DNA of 64,000 nt, taken from the NCBI GenBank assembly GCA_963768855.1, contig CAVYJM010000011.1, positions 1 through 64,000 of the forward strand. Direction: 5' to 3'. The DNA is from an uncultured Thermoplasmata archaeon (GTDB lineage Archaea > Thermoplasmatota > Thermoplasmata > RBG-16-68-12). Both the position numbers and the translations under genes were made by a program. The notes beneath the pieces are model-generated. The model ran no database searches. It saw nothing but the letters and a program-made list of their open reading frames with translations, and was not told the DNA's origin. This document shows, piece by piece, positions 1 through 9,340 of the stretch (position 1 is its first letter; every line of letters begins with the position of its first letter).

Positions 1-699
1 TGTCGGCCCCCTTCGCGGGGCTCTTGAAGAACAGCCGGAAAACCTCTGCGACCCCGGGGTACTCGTGGCGGCCGAGCCGAGCCTCCGGATGACACCCGGG
101 TGGACCGCATTGACGGAGATGTGATCCGGCCGCCAGCGGCGGGCCATCTCGAAGGTGAGGACGTTGAGGGCGAACTTGGAGTCCGTGTAGACCCGAAAGC
201 TTCGGTAGCTCTTCTCCCGCTGCAGGTCCTCGAAGTCCACGCGGCCTCCGCGATGGGCCGCCGACGAGACGTTCACCACGCGCGATGGAGCTCCCGCCAG
301 CAGGGGTTCGAGGAGGAGATTCGTCAGCAGAAACGGCGCGAGGACGTTGACCATGAAGACGTTCTCCATGCCGTCCGCCGTAGAATGCCGATGGCGCAGG
401 AAGATCCCCGCGTTGTTCACGAGGACGTGGAGCGCTCGATGGTTCTCCCGGAACCGTCGAGCGAAGGTCGCGGATGGAGGCGAGGCTCGCCAAGTCGACG
501 GTCTCGACGGACATGTGCACGTTGCCCGTGCTCCGGATGAGGTCCTCGCGGACCGCCGCTCCCTTCTCGGGGTTCCGGCAGGCCAGGACGACCGAGCCGC
601 CCTGCCGGGCCAGGCCCCGCGCGATTTCCGTGCCGATGCCGGACGTCGGTCCGGTCACGATCGCCACGCGGCCCGCCAGGGCCCCGCTTCCCGTTCCAT
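1..699 (-). pseudogene. SDR family oxidoreductase (retinol-dehydrogenase-like), frameshifted; runs off window edge
   Basis: Manual translation gives VAIVTGPTSGIG in one frame and LVNNAGI...VVNVSS...YTDSK...NAVHPG in another; frame change near 467-470 and probably a second near 677-682. Not in the ORF track. Could be a sequence error. Confidence 0.7.
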
Positions 700-750
700 G
701 GCCGTTCTAGGTTCGGGGGCCGCCAAGAACCTTTGCCCGGATGGCGTTGC

Positions 751-1791
751 TCAGACCGCGGTCGCGACCGTCTCGCCCGGAGGCCGTCGCTCCTTCCCTT
801 TGATGCGGTAGTAGCTCAGAGGGTGCTTGATCTTCAGGCAGAGCCGGTCGGGGCCGGGGCAGATCCCGTACGACTTCATCGTGGCGCACTCGGGCGGCGT
901 GTACTCCGTCGCGGACGTCGTCCCCGTGATGTGTTCGATCTGGTACTTCGTGACGTCCGCCGCGAAGTCGGGTACGTCCCCGAAGACGCGGTAGATTTCC
1001 TCGTTGCCGAGGCCGATGTGGTGCAGGAACGACACGATCGCGAAGCGGCCCATGTGGGGGACGTTCTCGTGGTTCTGGATCTGGGCTAGGAGGTTGTACA
1101 TGCACGGCGGGAACCGGGTGATGCTCACCTTCCCGATGTCGTCCGCCTTGAACGTGGCCTTCTTGGCCTCGAGCAAGCCATGGATCTCGCCCAGGTCCGG
1201 CTTGAACGCCTCCTCGATCGTGTCGTTGACCGGGATGGGGAGTCCCTCCTCGATGTGCCGCTCGATCGCGTTCCGCATCACGCGGAGCGCCTTCTCCCGG
1301 CGCAGGTGTACGTATCCGCCGTCGAGCTTCTGGTTGATGAGCTTCCAGGGCGGCTCGCGCATCGTGTTCGTGTAGCGGAGGAAGTCGGTGAAGTGCAGGC
1401 GGAACGCGCCGTCTTCTCGGCGGAGGTCCATCCCGAGCTCTGCGGCCAGGTGGAGGACGAGGTCGTCCGGCTGGGCCTCGAGGCGGAGTTCGGCCGCCAT
1501 CGCCTCCCGAAGCGCGAACCGCCGGATCAGGTAATTGTCGGCGTTGGCGGACACGAGAATCCGCGCGACCGGGTATGCGAGGAGTTGGCTGAGCTGGTCC
1601 GCCTCGTCGACGGCCACGCGCCCGGTGGGAGGTCCCTTCTCCAATGCCTCGAGGACTCGCGCCTTCCCCAGCGCCCTCCCGCGGGAGTAGGCCGGCTCGG
1701 TGAGGAGCTCCTCGAGCGTGATTTTCTCGGCGCGGATGTACGCCGCCGCCTCTCGGAGGAAGGGGAACTTGGCGAGCGTGGCGAGCTCCAC
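751..1791 (-). CDS. priL: DNA primase large subunit PriL
   Basis: FPPCM, HMGRF and PPECATMKSYGICPGPDRLC Fe-S motifs; GTG start chosen ~22 nt after a TATAAT box. Confidence 0.92.
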   Translation of the reverse strand: MELATLAKFPFLREAAAYIRAEKITLEELLTEPAYSRGRALGKARVLEALEKGPPTGRVAVDEADQLSQLLAYPVARILVSANADNYLIRRFALREAMAAELRLEAQPDDLVLHLAAELGMDLRREDGAFRLHFTDFLRYTNTMREPPWKLINQKLDGGYVHLRREKALRVMRNAIERHIEEGLPIPVNDTIEEAFKPDLGEIHGLLEAKKATFKADDIGKVSITRFPPCMYNLLAQIQNHENVPHMGRFAIVSFLHHIGLGNEEIYRVFGDVPDFAADVTKYQIEHITGTTSATEYTPPECATMKSYGICPGPDRLCLKIKHPLSYYRIKGKERRPPGETVATAV

Positions 1792-1897
1792 GGTCCGAGC
1801 AACACACCACCAGATTATACTCCTTTGGCGGGGGTGAGGCAAACGGGGTTCGCCCGCCTGGATGGGCGGGACCGATCACCCCGGCGTCCGCGTCGGG

Positions 1898-2287
1898 TCA
1901 TGTCAAGATGATCAAGGTCCCCAGGCCCAGGGCCAGCATGACGAGGCCGAGGAGGACCTTCACAAGTCCTTTCGTCCGGAGGTGCCAGCGCGCGACGCCT
2001 CGATACGTGAACCGGCTCGTCACGAGTGTCAGAACGGCCACGAGGGGAAGGACGAACATTACGTTGTACAGGATTAGGAGACTCACTCCTCCTGTGGCGC
2101 TGCCCTGAGCCGAGAGGAGGGCCAGGATGCCGAGATAGATCCCACCCGTGCACGGTACCGTGCAGAGACCCACGAGGACCCCGGTCACGAACACGGCGGC
2201 TGGGCCATCCGGGCGGGGATGGTTTCGGCGCACATAAAGGGGCTCCCCGGCGTCCTTACATGGAGGCCCGCTGTCGCCGGCCTCCAT
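1898..2287 (-). CDS. CcdA/DsbD-like membrane protein, C-terminal half only (possibly truncated)
   Basis: LCTVPCTGGIYLGIL motif followed by three hydrophobic helices; N-terminal half absent. Confidence 0.5.
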   Translation of the reverse strand: MEAGDSGPPCKDAGEPLYVRRNHPRPDGPAAVFVTGVLVGLCTVPCTGGIYLGILALLSAQGSATGGVSLLILYNVMFVLPLVAVLTLVTSRFTYRGVARWHLRTKGLVKVLLGLVMLALGLGTLIILT

Positions 2288-2342
2288 ACTGTACGAACAG
2301 AATGCTTAGTAGGCGCCCCTACCCGTCCCACCGCTCGGCGAT

Positions 2343-2831
2343 GTGATGAAGCTCTGGCAAGCCCTCTTCGCGATGATCTGGATCGCCTTCGTGGAATTCC
2401 TGATTGTGATGAGCACCCACGTGACGAACTTCGCGCCCATCGCCACACCCCTGATCTACCTGCATGCCGCCTTGGGGTTCGCGATGATCCCGCTCGCGTT
2501 CAACAACTTCAATGGGGTCCGGAATACGACGATCGCGGGTCGCGTGAAGCGCACCGCGCAGTCCACGTTCCAGCTCTCCATCCTGATGGCAATCCTCGGT
2601 GTCATCCTCCTGTTCAAGGACCAACTCTCCTGGCAAGTCCCCCTCGTGAACATTTCGCTCTTCTACATCCTGGTCTTCGTCCACGTCGTCAACGCGTTCG
2701 CCATCATCACGCAAGCTGCAGCCGTCGCAATCGCCTACGACATGTGGGAGGACAAGGAGTTCAACCAGGAGACGAAGCCGGGCGAGATCCCTGCCATGCC
2801 CACCCCGCCGAAGCCGGCCCCGAAGCCGTAG
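2343..2831 (+). CDS. Hypothetical membrane protein (~4 TM)
   Basis: 162-aa ORF with four hydrophobic segments and a Pro-rich tail. Confidence 0.75.
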   Translation: MMKLWQALFAMIWIAFVEFLIVMSTHVTNFAPIATPLIYLHAALGFAMIPLAFNNFNGVRNTTIAGRVKRTAQSTFQLSILMAILGVILLFKDQLSWQVPLVNISLFYILVFVHVVNAFAIITQAAAVAIAYDMWEDKEFNQETKPGEIPAMPTPPKPAPKP

Positions 2832-2883
2832 GGAGATCGTACCGCCAAGGTCTTTGTAGCCCGGGGCCATCGGTTCCCGGCTG

Positions 2884-3945
2884 ATGGTCGAGCGCAACGG
2901 CTACTTCGCAGTCCACTCCCAGGGGCTCGGCCACGCCGCCCGCTCCGTCGCCGTCGCGCGGGGCCTCCTGGAGCGGGGTCCGAACCTTTACTTCCTCTTC
3001 CTGGCGGGGTCGCCCGCCCTCGACCTGGTCGTCTCCAACGGGTTCGACGCGCTCACGATGCCGCCGGCGCCGGACTTTCCCGCGAAGGACGGCGTCCTCG
3101 GACCAGTCTGGCGGTGGTACCGGGACTACGCCCGCTACCTGCGGACCGCAGGACGCTTCATGCGGAAGGAGGGGGACTGGAAGTACTACCGCTTCCTCAT
3201 CTCGGACGGCGAGCTCGCCTCGGTCCGAGAGGCCGTGCGTCACCGCGTGCCCACGGCCCTCATCCTGAACGAGTTCGCCCGCGACTTCGCCCGCGATGGC
3301 CTCTCGAAGGTCGTCGAGGGCGTCGGCAACTTCTGGTTCACGCAGCTCGCGCGTCGGGTCGACCTCATCCTCGTAACCGGTTCAGGCCCCGCGTGGCCAA
3401 ACGTGAGACGGGTGGGCCCCATCGTCCGCTCACCGAGCGCCTCGAGGGAGACGCTGCGGGAGGACCTCTTCTTCCGGAAGAAGACGGTCCTCGTGACGGC
3501 CGGGGGGACCGGAATCGGCGAGTTCCTCCTGAAGTCGGCGATCGAAGCGTTCCGGGCGCTGGACCTCGAGGAGACGTCGATGGTCGTTGTGAGTGGCCCG
3601 AAGCTCAAGGTGGATCCTGCTCCCGGGGTCTACACGTATGGGTTCCTGCCGAACCTTCAGGACTACGTCCTCGCCGCGGATCTGGTAATCACGACCGCCG
3701 GCGCGGGAGCCACGAACGAGGCCCTGGCCTTCGGCACCCCCGTCATCGCCATCCCGCCGAAAGGACACGCCGAGGCGGAGCGGAACGCGGCCGCGCTCGG
3801 GTATCGCTTCGAAGACGTGATGCACCTGCGTGACCTCATTCCCGATAAGCTCGCGCTCGGCCGGCAAGAGCCCGCGCCCACGGGTAATCAGGAGGCGACC
3901 CGCCTCCTCGCTGACTTCCTGGATGGCGCAGCCGGAAAGGCCTAG
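2884..3945 (+). CDS. GT-B glycosyltransferase (MurG/GT28-like)
   Basis: GLGHAARS N-terminal motif; ADLVITTAGAGATNEALAFGTPVIAIP C-terminal motif. Confidence 0.85.
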   Translation: MVERNGYFAVHSQGLGHAARSVAVARGLLERGPNLYFLFLAGSPALDLVVSNGFDALTMPPAPDFPAKDGVLGPVWRWYRDYARYLRTAGRFMRKEGDWKYYRFLISDGELASVREAVRHRVPTALILNEFARDFARDGLSKVVEGVGNFWFTQLARRVDLILVTGSGPAWPNVRRVGPIVRSPSASRETLREDLFFRKKTVLVTAGGTGIGEFLLKSAIEAFRALDLEETSMVVVSGPKLKVDPAPGVYTYGFLPNLQDYVLAADLVITTAGAGATNEALAFGTPVIAIPPKGHAEAERNAAALGYRFEDVMHLRDLIPDKLALGRQEPAPTGNQEATRLLADFLDGAAGKA

Positions 3946-3947
3946 GC

Positions 3948-4490
3948 TCACGCGCGGTACGTCGGGTGCTCCCGCTTCGACCTCTCCCTCTTCTGTACCC
4001 AGACCGCCATCTGGTACAGCAGGGACGAGAGGCGGTTCATGTACCGCAACATCTCCGGATTCACAGGTGCATCGTGGGAGAGGGTCACAACCCGCCGCTC
4101 CGCGCGGCGAGCGACCGTCCGGGCCCAGTGGAGTCGGGTCAATGCCTCGGAACCTCGTGGGAGCAGGAACTCCGTCAAGGGGCCGGCGTCGAGCCGGTCC
4201 ACCGCGGCCTCCAGACGGGCCACATGTTGTCGCGTGATCCTCGGCACCTTGGTTCCTGTCGGGCGGAGGGTCGCAAGCTCCGCTCCGATCGTGAAGAGGT
4301 CGTCCTGGATCTTCAGGAGTATGGTCCGGACGGTCCGGTCCTTCTGCGCCACGAGCGAAACTCCCAGGGCCGCGTTCAGCTCGTCGACCGCGCCCATGGC
4401 CTCCACGCGCGGATCATCTTTCGGTGCCCGCCCGGGGCCGAGGAACCCCGTGGTCCCTTCGTCGCCCTTCCGGGTATAGAGGCGCGGCAT
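3948..4490 (-). CDS. pduO: PduO-type cob(I)alamin adenosyltransferase
   Basis: LYTRKGDEGTT, GAVDELNAALG, RTVARRAERR and YMNRLS motifs; ATG at 4490. Confidence 0.92.
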   Translation of the reverse strand: MPRLYTRKGDEGTTGFLGPGRAPKDDPRVEAMGAVDELNAALGVSLVAQKDRTVRTILLKIQDDLFTIGAELATLRPTGTKVPRITRQHVARLEAAVDRLDAGPLTEFLLPRGSEALTRLHWARTVARRAERRVVTLSHDAPVNPEMLRYMNRLSSLLYQMAVWVQKRERSKREHPTYRA

Positions 4491-4492
4491 GG

Positions 4493-5410
4493 TCACCCCA
4501 CCCACGGCCGCGCGTCTCTCGCGGACGGCGGCTGGGAGAAGATCTCCGGGTGCAGGATGTGGGCGAGGATCTCGAGCCCCGTCACCAGGCGCGGCCCGGG
4601 CCGGCTGAAGTAGCTCGACCCGTCCGCGACCCAGACACGGCCCTGACGGGCCGCGGGGAGATCGCTCCACCACGGCTGACGGGCCACCTGGGGGGTCTCC
4701 TTCAGGGCGCGCTCGAGGTGGAATCCGCAGGGGATGAGGACCGCGGTCTCGGGGGCTGCCATGACGACATCCTTCGGCTCGACGCGCCGCGACGGCTCGG
4801 CGCGTTTCGCAAGCACGTCCTGGCCACCCGCAAGCTCGACCATCTCCGGCACCCAGTGCCCCGCCGCGAAGAGCGGATCGAGCCACTCGAGGCAGGCCGT
4901 CCTGGGATGTTCCGGGACGTGGCCGGTGAGGAAGGCCACGCGTTCAATCCGTTCGCGCAGATCCTCGACCGCGCTCACCGCGGCCACGGAGGCGCCGCAG
5001 GCATGGCCGACCCGCTCGAAATCCTCGAGTACATCCTTCAGGGAATGAGGATCCAGGGTCACGATGCGGGGCCGCCTCGGGAGGCGCGCAGCGACCGCTC
5101 GCACATCGTCCGTCGTCGGGGCGCACACCTCGCAGAGCCCCTGGGTCACGATTACGTCCGGTCGGGCCTCTTGCAACGCCTTGTCGTCCACGGCGTAGAG
5201 CGGCCGCTCGGCCGCGAGTCGACGCCCCACCATCCGGCTGGTCTCCGCGCTCGTCTTGCCCTCGTAGTCGAGGAGCGCGTGGCTGACCCGGGGGAGCTCG
5301 TTGGCGGCCGGGGGATAATCGCATTCGGGCGAGACGCCCACGAGGTCGCCGCCCAGCCCCAGTGCAAAGCAGATCTCCGTGGCGGCGGGAAGCAGCGAGA
5401 CGATTCGCAT
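4493..5410 (-). CDS. Cobalamin-binding periplasmic-type protein (BtuF-like)
   Basis: MRIVSLLPAATEICFALG, ECDYP and SRPGPRL motifs; adjacent to pduO. Confidence 0.8.
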   Translation of the reverse strand: MRIVSLLPAATEICFALGLGGDLVGVSPECDYPPAANELPRVSHALLDYEGKTSAETSRMVGRRLAAERPLYAVDDKALQEARPDVIVTQGLCEVCAPTTDDVRAVAARLPRRPRIVTLDPHSLKDVLEDFERVGHACGASVAAVSAVEDLRERIERVAFLTGHVPEHPRTACLEWLDPLFAAGHWVPEMVELAGGQDVLAKRAEPSRRVEPKDVVMAAPETAVLIPCGFHLERALKETPQVARQPWWSDLPAARQGRVWVADGSSYFSRPGPRLVTGLEILAHILHPEIFSQPPSARDARPWVG

Positions 5411-5449
5411 GGTTGGGCCGCGATGGTCCCCCGGGCACTTAACGGTTCT

Positions 5450-6256
5450 TCAGGGTCGCGTCCCGATCCCCGGTGCAGGCCGCCGCGCGGGATTCAGACG
5501 CGGAATCCTTCGGAACGCGACGACGGCGAGGACGAACATGACGACGGCCTCGACCGCCAGGACGGTGAGCTCGAGGGAGACCGTCGGGGTCAGGGCGTCG
5601 AAAAGCCCTGCACGGAAAATGTCCGTGGTGTACGTCAGCGGGTTCGCGTAGCTCGCCGTTTGGATGGCGGTCGGCGCCGAACTCGCCGGGAAGAAGACGG
5701 ACGACGTAAACAGGAAGATGAAGAAGGCGAAAGTCGAGACGACCTGGAACGTCTCGGACGACTTCAGCGCAACGGAGAGGGCGATGGCGAAGGACCCGAA
5801 AAACATCGTGCCGAGGAAGAGGGCCGCGGCAATGAGGAGCTGACCCTGGAGCGTGAACGACACGCTCGCGCCCACGACGGGAAACGCGAAGATGAAGACC
5901 AAGAGGGAGCCCACCACGCCGATGATGAGGGTCGCGAAGATGATGCTCAGGATGTACTGCGCCCGCGTGAACGGCCCCATGAGGATCTGCTCGAACATCC
6001 CGTTCTTGCGGTCGAACCATAGCTGGGTCCCGGCGTTCGTGCCGCCGTTGATGACGGTCAGCGTGACGGCCCCCGCCGCCAGGAACTCGGAGTACGTCAC
6101 CAGATGGCCCCCCAGTTCGAAGGGCTGGACGATCCCGTTGATCCCGAAGCCCTGGACGAAGATGAAGAAGAGGGGGAAGATGAGCTCGAAGAACAGAGAC
6201 GCCTTGTCGAGGTTCGCGCGGAGGTTCCGGTACACGAGCCTCGCGTAGATGTTCAT
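5450..6256 (-). CDS. ABC-2 type transporter permease
   Basis: Six hydrophobic segments, NPLTY motif, directly downstream of an ABC ATPase. Confidence 0.88.
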   Translation of the reverse strand: MNIYARLVYRNLRANLDKASLFFELIFPLFFIFVQGFGINGIVQPFELGGHLVTYSEFLAAGAVTLTVINGGTNAGTQLWFDRKNGMFEQILMGPFTRAQYILSIIFATLIIGVVGSLLVFIFAFPVVGASVSFTLQGQLLIAAALFLGTMFFGSFAIALSVALKSSETFQVVSTFAFFIFLFTSSVFFPASSAPTAIQTASYANPLTYTTDIFRAGLFDALTPTVSLELTVLAVEAVVMFVLAVVAFRRIPRLNPARRPAPGIGTRP

Positions 6257-6257
6257 C

Positions 6258-7235
6258 CTACGCGCCTCCTGCTTTCGCGTCCACCTGATTGTCGTCCGTG
6301 ACGAGGTTGATGAACGCATCCTCCAGCGTCGTCTCGGCGATGTAGATGGAGGAGACGGTGAGCCCGAGGCGCTCTGCGAGACGGTAGATTCCCGGGATGA
6401 CGCTCTCCGGCGTCCCGGTGGTGACCCGGTACGCCCCCGCGCTCTCGTCCTGGACCAGATGGGAAACGCCCTCGAGCGTCCCGAGGGCCGTGGCCATCTC
6501 CTGCGAGCTGCCCTGGAGTAGCTTGAACTCGACCGCCTTCGCGCTCCCGAACCGACGCTTCAGGTTCTCCGGTGTGTCGATCTCGACGATTCGTCCCTGG
6601 TTGATTACCGCGATCCGGTCGCAGAGGTACTCCGCCTCTTCGAGGACATGGGTCGTGAAGAAGATCGTCAACCCGTCCCGCACGCGCTCCTTGAGATAAT
6701 CGAGGACGCCGCGACGGACGATTGGGTCCAGCCCGACGGTCGGCTCGTCCAGGAACAGGAGGTCCATGTCATGGATGAACTCCCGCGCGACCTGCAGCCG
6801 CCGGCGCTGGCCGGCTGAGAGGTCGATCGTGGGTTTCTTGCGGAATTCCTCCATGCCGAATCGGTCAATGAGTTCCTCGACCCGGCGTTTCCGCTCGGCC
6901 TTCGGCACGTCCCAGATGAGCCCGTAGATGTCCATGCTCGTCTCGACGTTCAGGCCCTGGTCGAAGCTGTCTTGTTGTTGCACCACCCCGATTCGCTCGC
7001 GGATCCTCCGGCCCTCGGTCGCGAGGTCGTGCCCCAGGATCGTCGCCTTGCCGGACGTGGGCGGCAGGAGAGTGGTGAGCATCTTGATCGTGGTCGTCTT
7101 GCCCGCGCCGTTGGGTCCGAGGAAGCCGAAGACCTCCGACCGTTCGATGTCGAAGGTCACGCCATCGACAGCGGCTTTGTCACGGAAGTATCTCGACAGG
7201 CGCTCGACCCGGATTGCCGTTCCGTCCTCGGTCAT
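6258..7235 (-). CDS. ABC transporter ATP-binding protein (DrrA-like)
   Basis: Walker A GPNGAGKTT, LSAGQ signature, LLFLDEP Walker B. Confidence 0.95.
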   Translation of the reverse strand: MTEDGTAIRVERLSRYFRDKAAVDGVTFDIERSEVFGFLGPNGAGKTTTIKMLTTLLPPTSGKATILGHDLATEGRRIRERIGVVQQQDSFDQGLNVETSMDIYGLIWDVPKAERKRRVEELIDRFGMEEFRKKPTIDLSAGQRRRLQVAREFIHDMDLLFLDEPTVGLDPIVRRGVLDYLKERVRDGLTIFFTTHVLEEAEYLCDRIAVINQGRIVEIDTPENLKRRFGSAKAVEFKLLQGSSQEMATALGTLEGVSHLVQDESAGAYRVTTGTPESVIPGIYRLAERLGLTVSSIYIAETTLEDAFINLVTDDNQVDAKAGGA

Positions 7236-7351
7236 CGTTCACCGTCCTGTCCAGCTGGTTGCGGCCGGAGCCGGGGGTCATTGCAGTGGGGTTCTTTTAG
7301 GTATGCCTCAACGGCGCCTGGTCGCAGGAAAGGGGGTAAGGCGGGGTCGCC

Positions 7352-8020
7352 CTACCCGGAGACGCTCGGCGTCAGGTGCTCGAACCGCTTCGTGGCTGCG
7401 CGCACGACCCCGTGCTCGATGACGCTCTTCCCGCCGTTGAGATCCTCGATGGCCTTCGTCGTCAGGGCGATCGCTTCCTCGAGAGTCAGATCGGGGCGGT
7501 AGCCCTTGTGAATGGTTTCGAGGGCCTCGTCCGCTCCCTGGCCGATCGCGAAGCCGGAACCTCGGAAGGTCGTGCCGCTGGGATCGACCTGGACGAGCTG
7601 CATGCCCAGTTCATCCGCGCCAGCCAGGATGATCGACGCGCCCAGCGGGCGGACCGCGTACATCGTGAGCTGGTGCAGGTACTCGGACAGGTGGCGTGAG
7701 AGCGTGGCCACGTCGATCGGGTTGTCGTACACGAGGCGGTGCTTCTGCGCCTCGACCCGGAGCTCGTCGATCAGGGTGGTCACGTCGCCGATGTACCCGC
7801 TCCCCGTCGCCCCGACGTGGTCGTCCAGGACGAAGACCTTCTCCGCCGCCTCAAGCAGAGGCCGCGTCGGCTTGACCTGGCTCGACAGGAGGACGAAGTC
7901 CTTGCCCTTCAGCCCGATCGTCGTGGAGCCGCGCGAGACGGCTTGGAGGGCGTAGTCCACCTGGACCAGGCGGCCCTCCGGTGAGTAGAAGAAGGGCATG
8001 CGCCCCATCTCCGCCGCCAT
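7352..8020 (-). CDS. psmA: Proteasome alpha subunit, divergent N-terminus
   Basis: YSPEGRLVQVDYALQAVSRGSTTIG, RPLGASIILAG, VDPSG; ATG 1 nt after the beta stop. Confidence 0.9.
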   Translation of the reverse strand: MAAEMGRMPFFYSPEGRLVQVDYALQAVSRGSTTIGLKGKDFVLLSSQVKPTRPLLEAAEKVFVLDDHVGATGSGYIGDVTTLIDELRVEAQKHRLVYDNPIDVATLSRHLSEYLHQLTMYAVRPLGASIILAGADELGMQLVQVDPSGTTFRGSGFAIGQGADEALETIHKGYRPDLTLEEAIALTTKAIEDLNGGKSVIEHGVVRAATKRFEHLTPSVSG

Positions 8021-8021
8021 C

Positions 8022-8600
8022 TCAGTTCGCCCCCCCGTGCCAGCGTCCGTTGGGTACGACGAGGACGTCGACCCCGTTCCCGCTGCCCGGGTCCCTCTCC
8101 ATGGCGGCCCGGACCGCGGCCTCCGCGAGCTTGCCCGCATCCTCTAGCGCGATCTCCTTGCGGTACCCCTGTTCCAGGACGCCGTAGGCGATCGGCGAGC
8201 CGCTGCCCGAGGACATGAAGTCCTCCGAGGTCACGGCGCCGCTCATGTCGCTCGTGAAGACGTGCGCGCCTTCCTTGTCCACGCCCGCGACGACCAGTTC
8301 GACGTAGAACGGGCTGTAGGACTTCATTCCGTTGTACACGATGTTCGAGATGAGCTTCGCGCTCTCGCGCACGCTGAGCGGGTATCCGCGCCGTAGCGCG
8401 AGGAGCCGCCGCTCCGCCTTCGCGAGGTTCACGAGGTACTCCGCATCGGACATCTGCCCGGCGATTGCGACGGCCGTCGTGTCGTCAAGGGAGAAGAGCT
8501 TCTGGACCACCTTCGATCCAACGAAGAACCCCTTCGACGCACGCTTGTCAGCCGCCAGCACCACGCCGTCCTTGCTGCGTATGCCAACCGTGGTTGTCAT
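8022..8600 (-). CDS. psmB: Proteasome beta subunit without propeptide
   Basis: MTTTVG start; Thr1, Asp17, Arg19 and Lys33 at canonical positions; SGSGS and RDPGSG; GAGGT RBS. Confidence 0.92.
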   Translation of the reverse strand: MTTTVGIRSKDGVVLAADKRASKGFFVGSKVVQKLFSLDDTTAVAIAGQMSDAEYLVNLAKAERRLLALRRGYPLSVRESAKLISNIVYNGMKSYSPFYVELVVAGVDKEGAHVFTSDMSGAVTSEDFMSSGSGSPIAYGVLEQGYRKEIALEDAGKLAEAAVRAAMERDPGSGNGVDVLVVPNGRWHGGAN

Positions 8601-8677
8601 GGCAAACCTCGAGGGAACCCATGTCCGTGGTTGGGTAAGTTGACTGGACCGGCTCGCGGCCAGTCACAAAGAAGTCG

Positions 8678-9280
8678 TCAGGCGACGAGGGCGCCGTATC
8701 CGCGGGAGAACTCGGCCGCGATCTGGCGGAACAGGAGATGCCCCAGGCGCGCGGCCTCGTCGATCCGGTCGTGGGACGCGACATTCGCGGTGATCGCCAT
8801 CTGGCCCGCGTGGACGCGGACGTCGATCTGGATCGACTCGTCCTCGAGAGCCCACGAGAGCCGGAGCTCGTCCGCAGTCTCGACGACTCCGTACCACCGC
8901 AAGGGACCGACCCAGGACCCCCGGAGGGAGGCCACGAGTGCCCTCGCGTCGACGTCGGCCGGCAGATACGTCTGCAGGATCGTGGTGCCCGGCCGGTCCG
9001 AGCTCCATTCCTTCGGGCTAACGATGGACCGGGCTTTCGGGGTGATTCGGTATCCGACCTCGGTCTTCTGGACCAAGTCGTCCTCCGCGAGGCGGTGGAG
9101 CGCGCGGGAGAGCTGTTCAGGATGGATGCCGAGGCGCCGGCGGATTCCCTGGAACGCGATCTGGGCCGCGGGATCGTGAGAAAGGAACTCGAGGACCTCG
9201 CGGTCGTGCTCCCGCAAGTCCTGCAGGCCGTTCTCGGCCATGGGGTCCATCGAGGTCGGGACCATGGTGCCGCGTATCAC
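8678..9280 (-). CDS. Winged-HTH domain protein
   Basis: FQGIRRRLGIHPEQLSRALHRLAEDDLV wHTH-like pattern; start may be 9250 or 9265. Confidence 0.7.
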   Translation of the reverse strand: MIRGTMVPTSMDPMAENGLQDLREHDREVLEFLSHDPAAQIAFQGIRRRLGIHPEQLSRALHRLAEDDLVQKTEVGYRITPKARSIVSPKEWSSDRPGTTILQTYLPADVDARALVASLRGSWVGPLRWYGVVETADELRLSWALEDESIQIDVRVHAGQMAITANVASHDRIDEAARLGHLLFRQIAAEFSRGYGALVA

Positions 9281-9340
9281 GACGGACCTTTCACATAAAG
9301 CTGAGGCCGTCGACCACGACGTTCCGGAATGACGGCTCCG

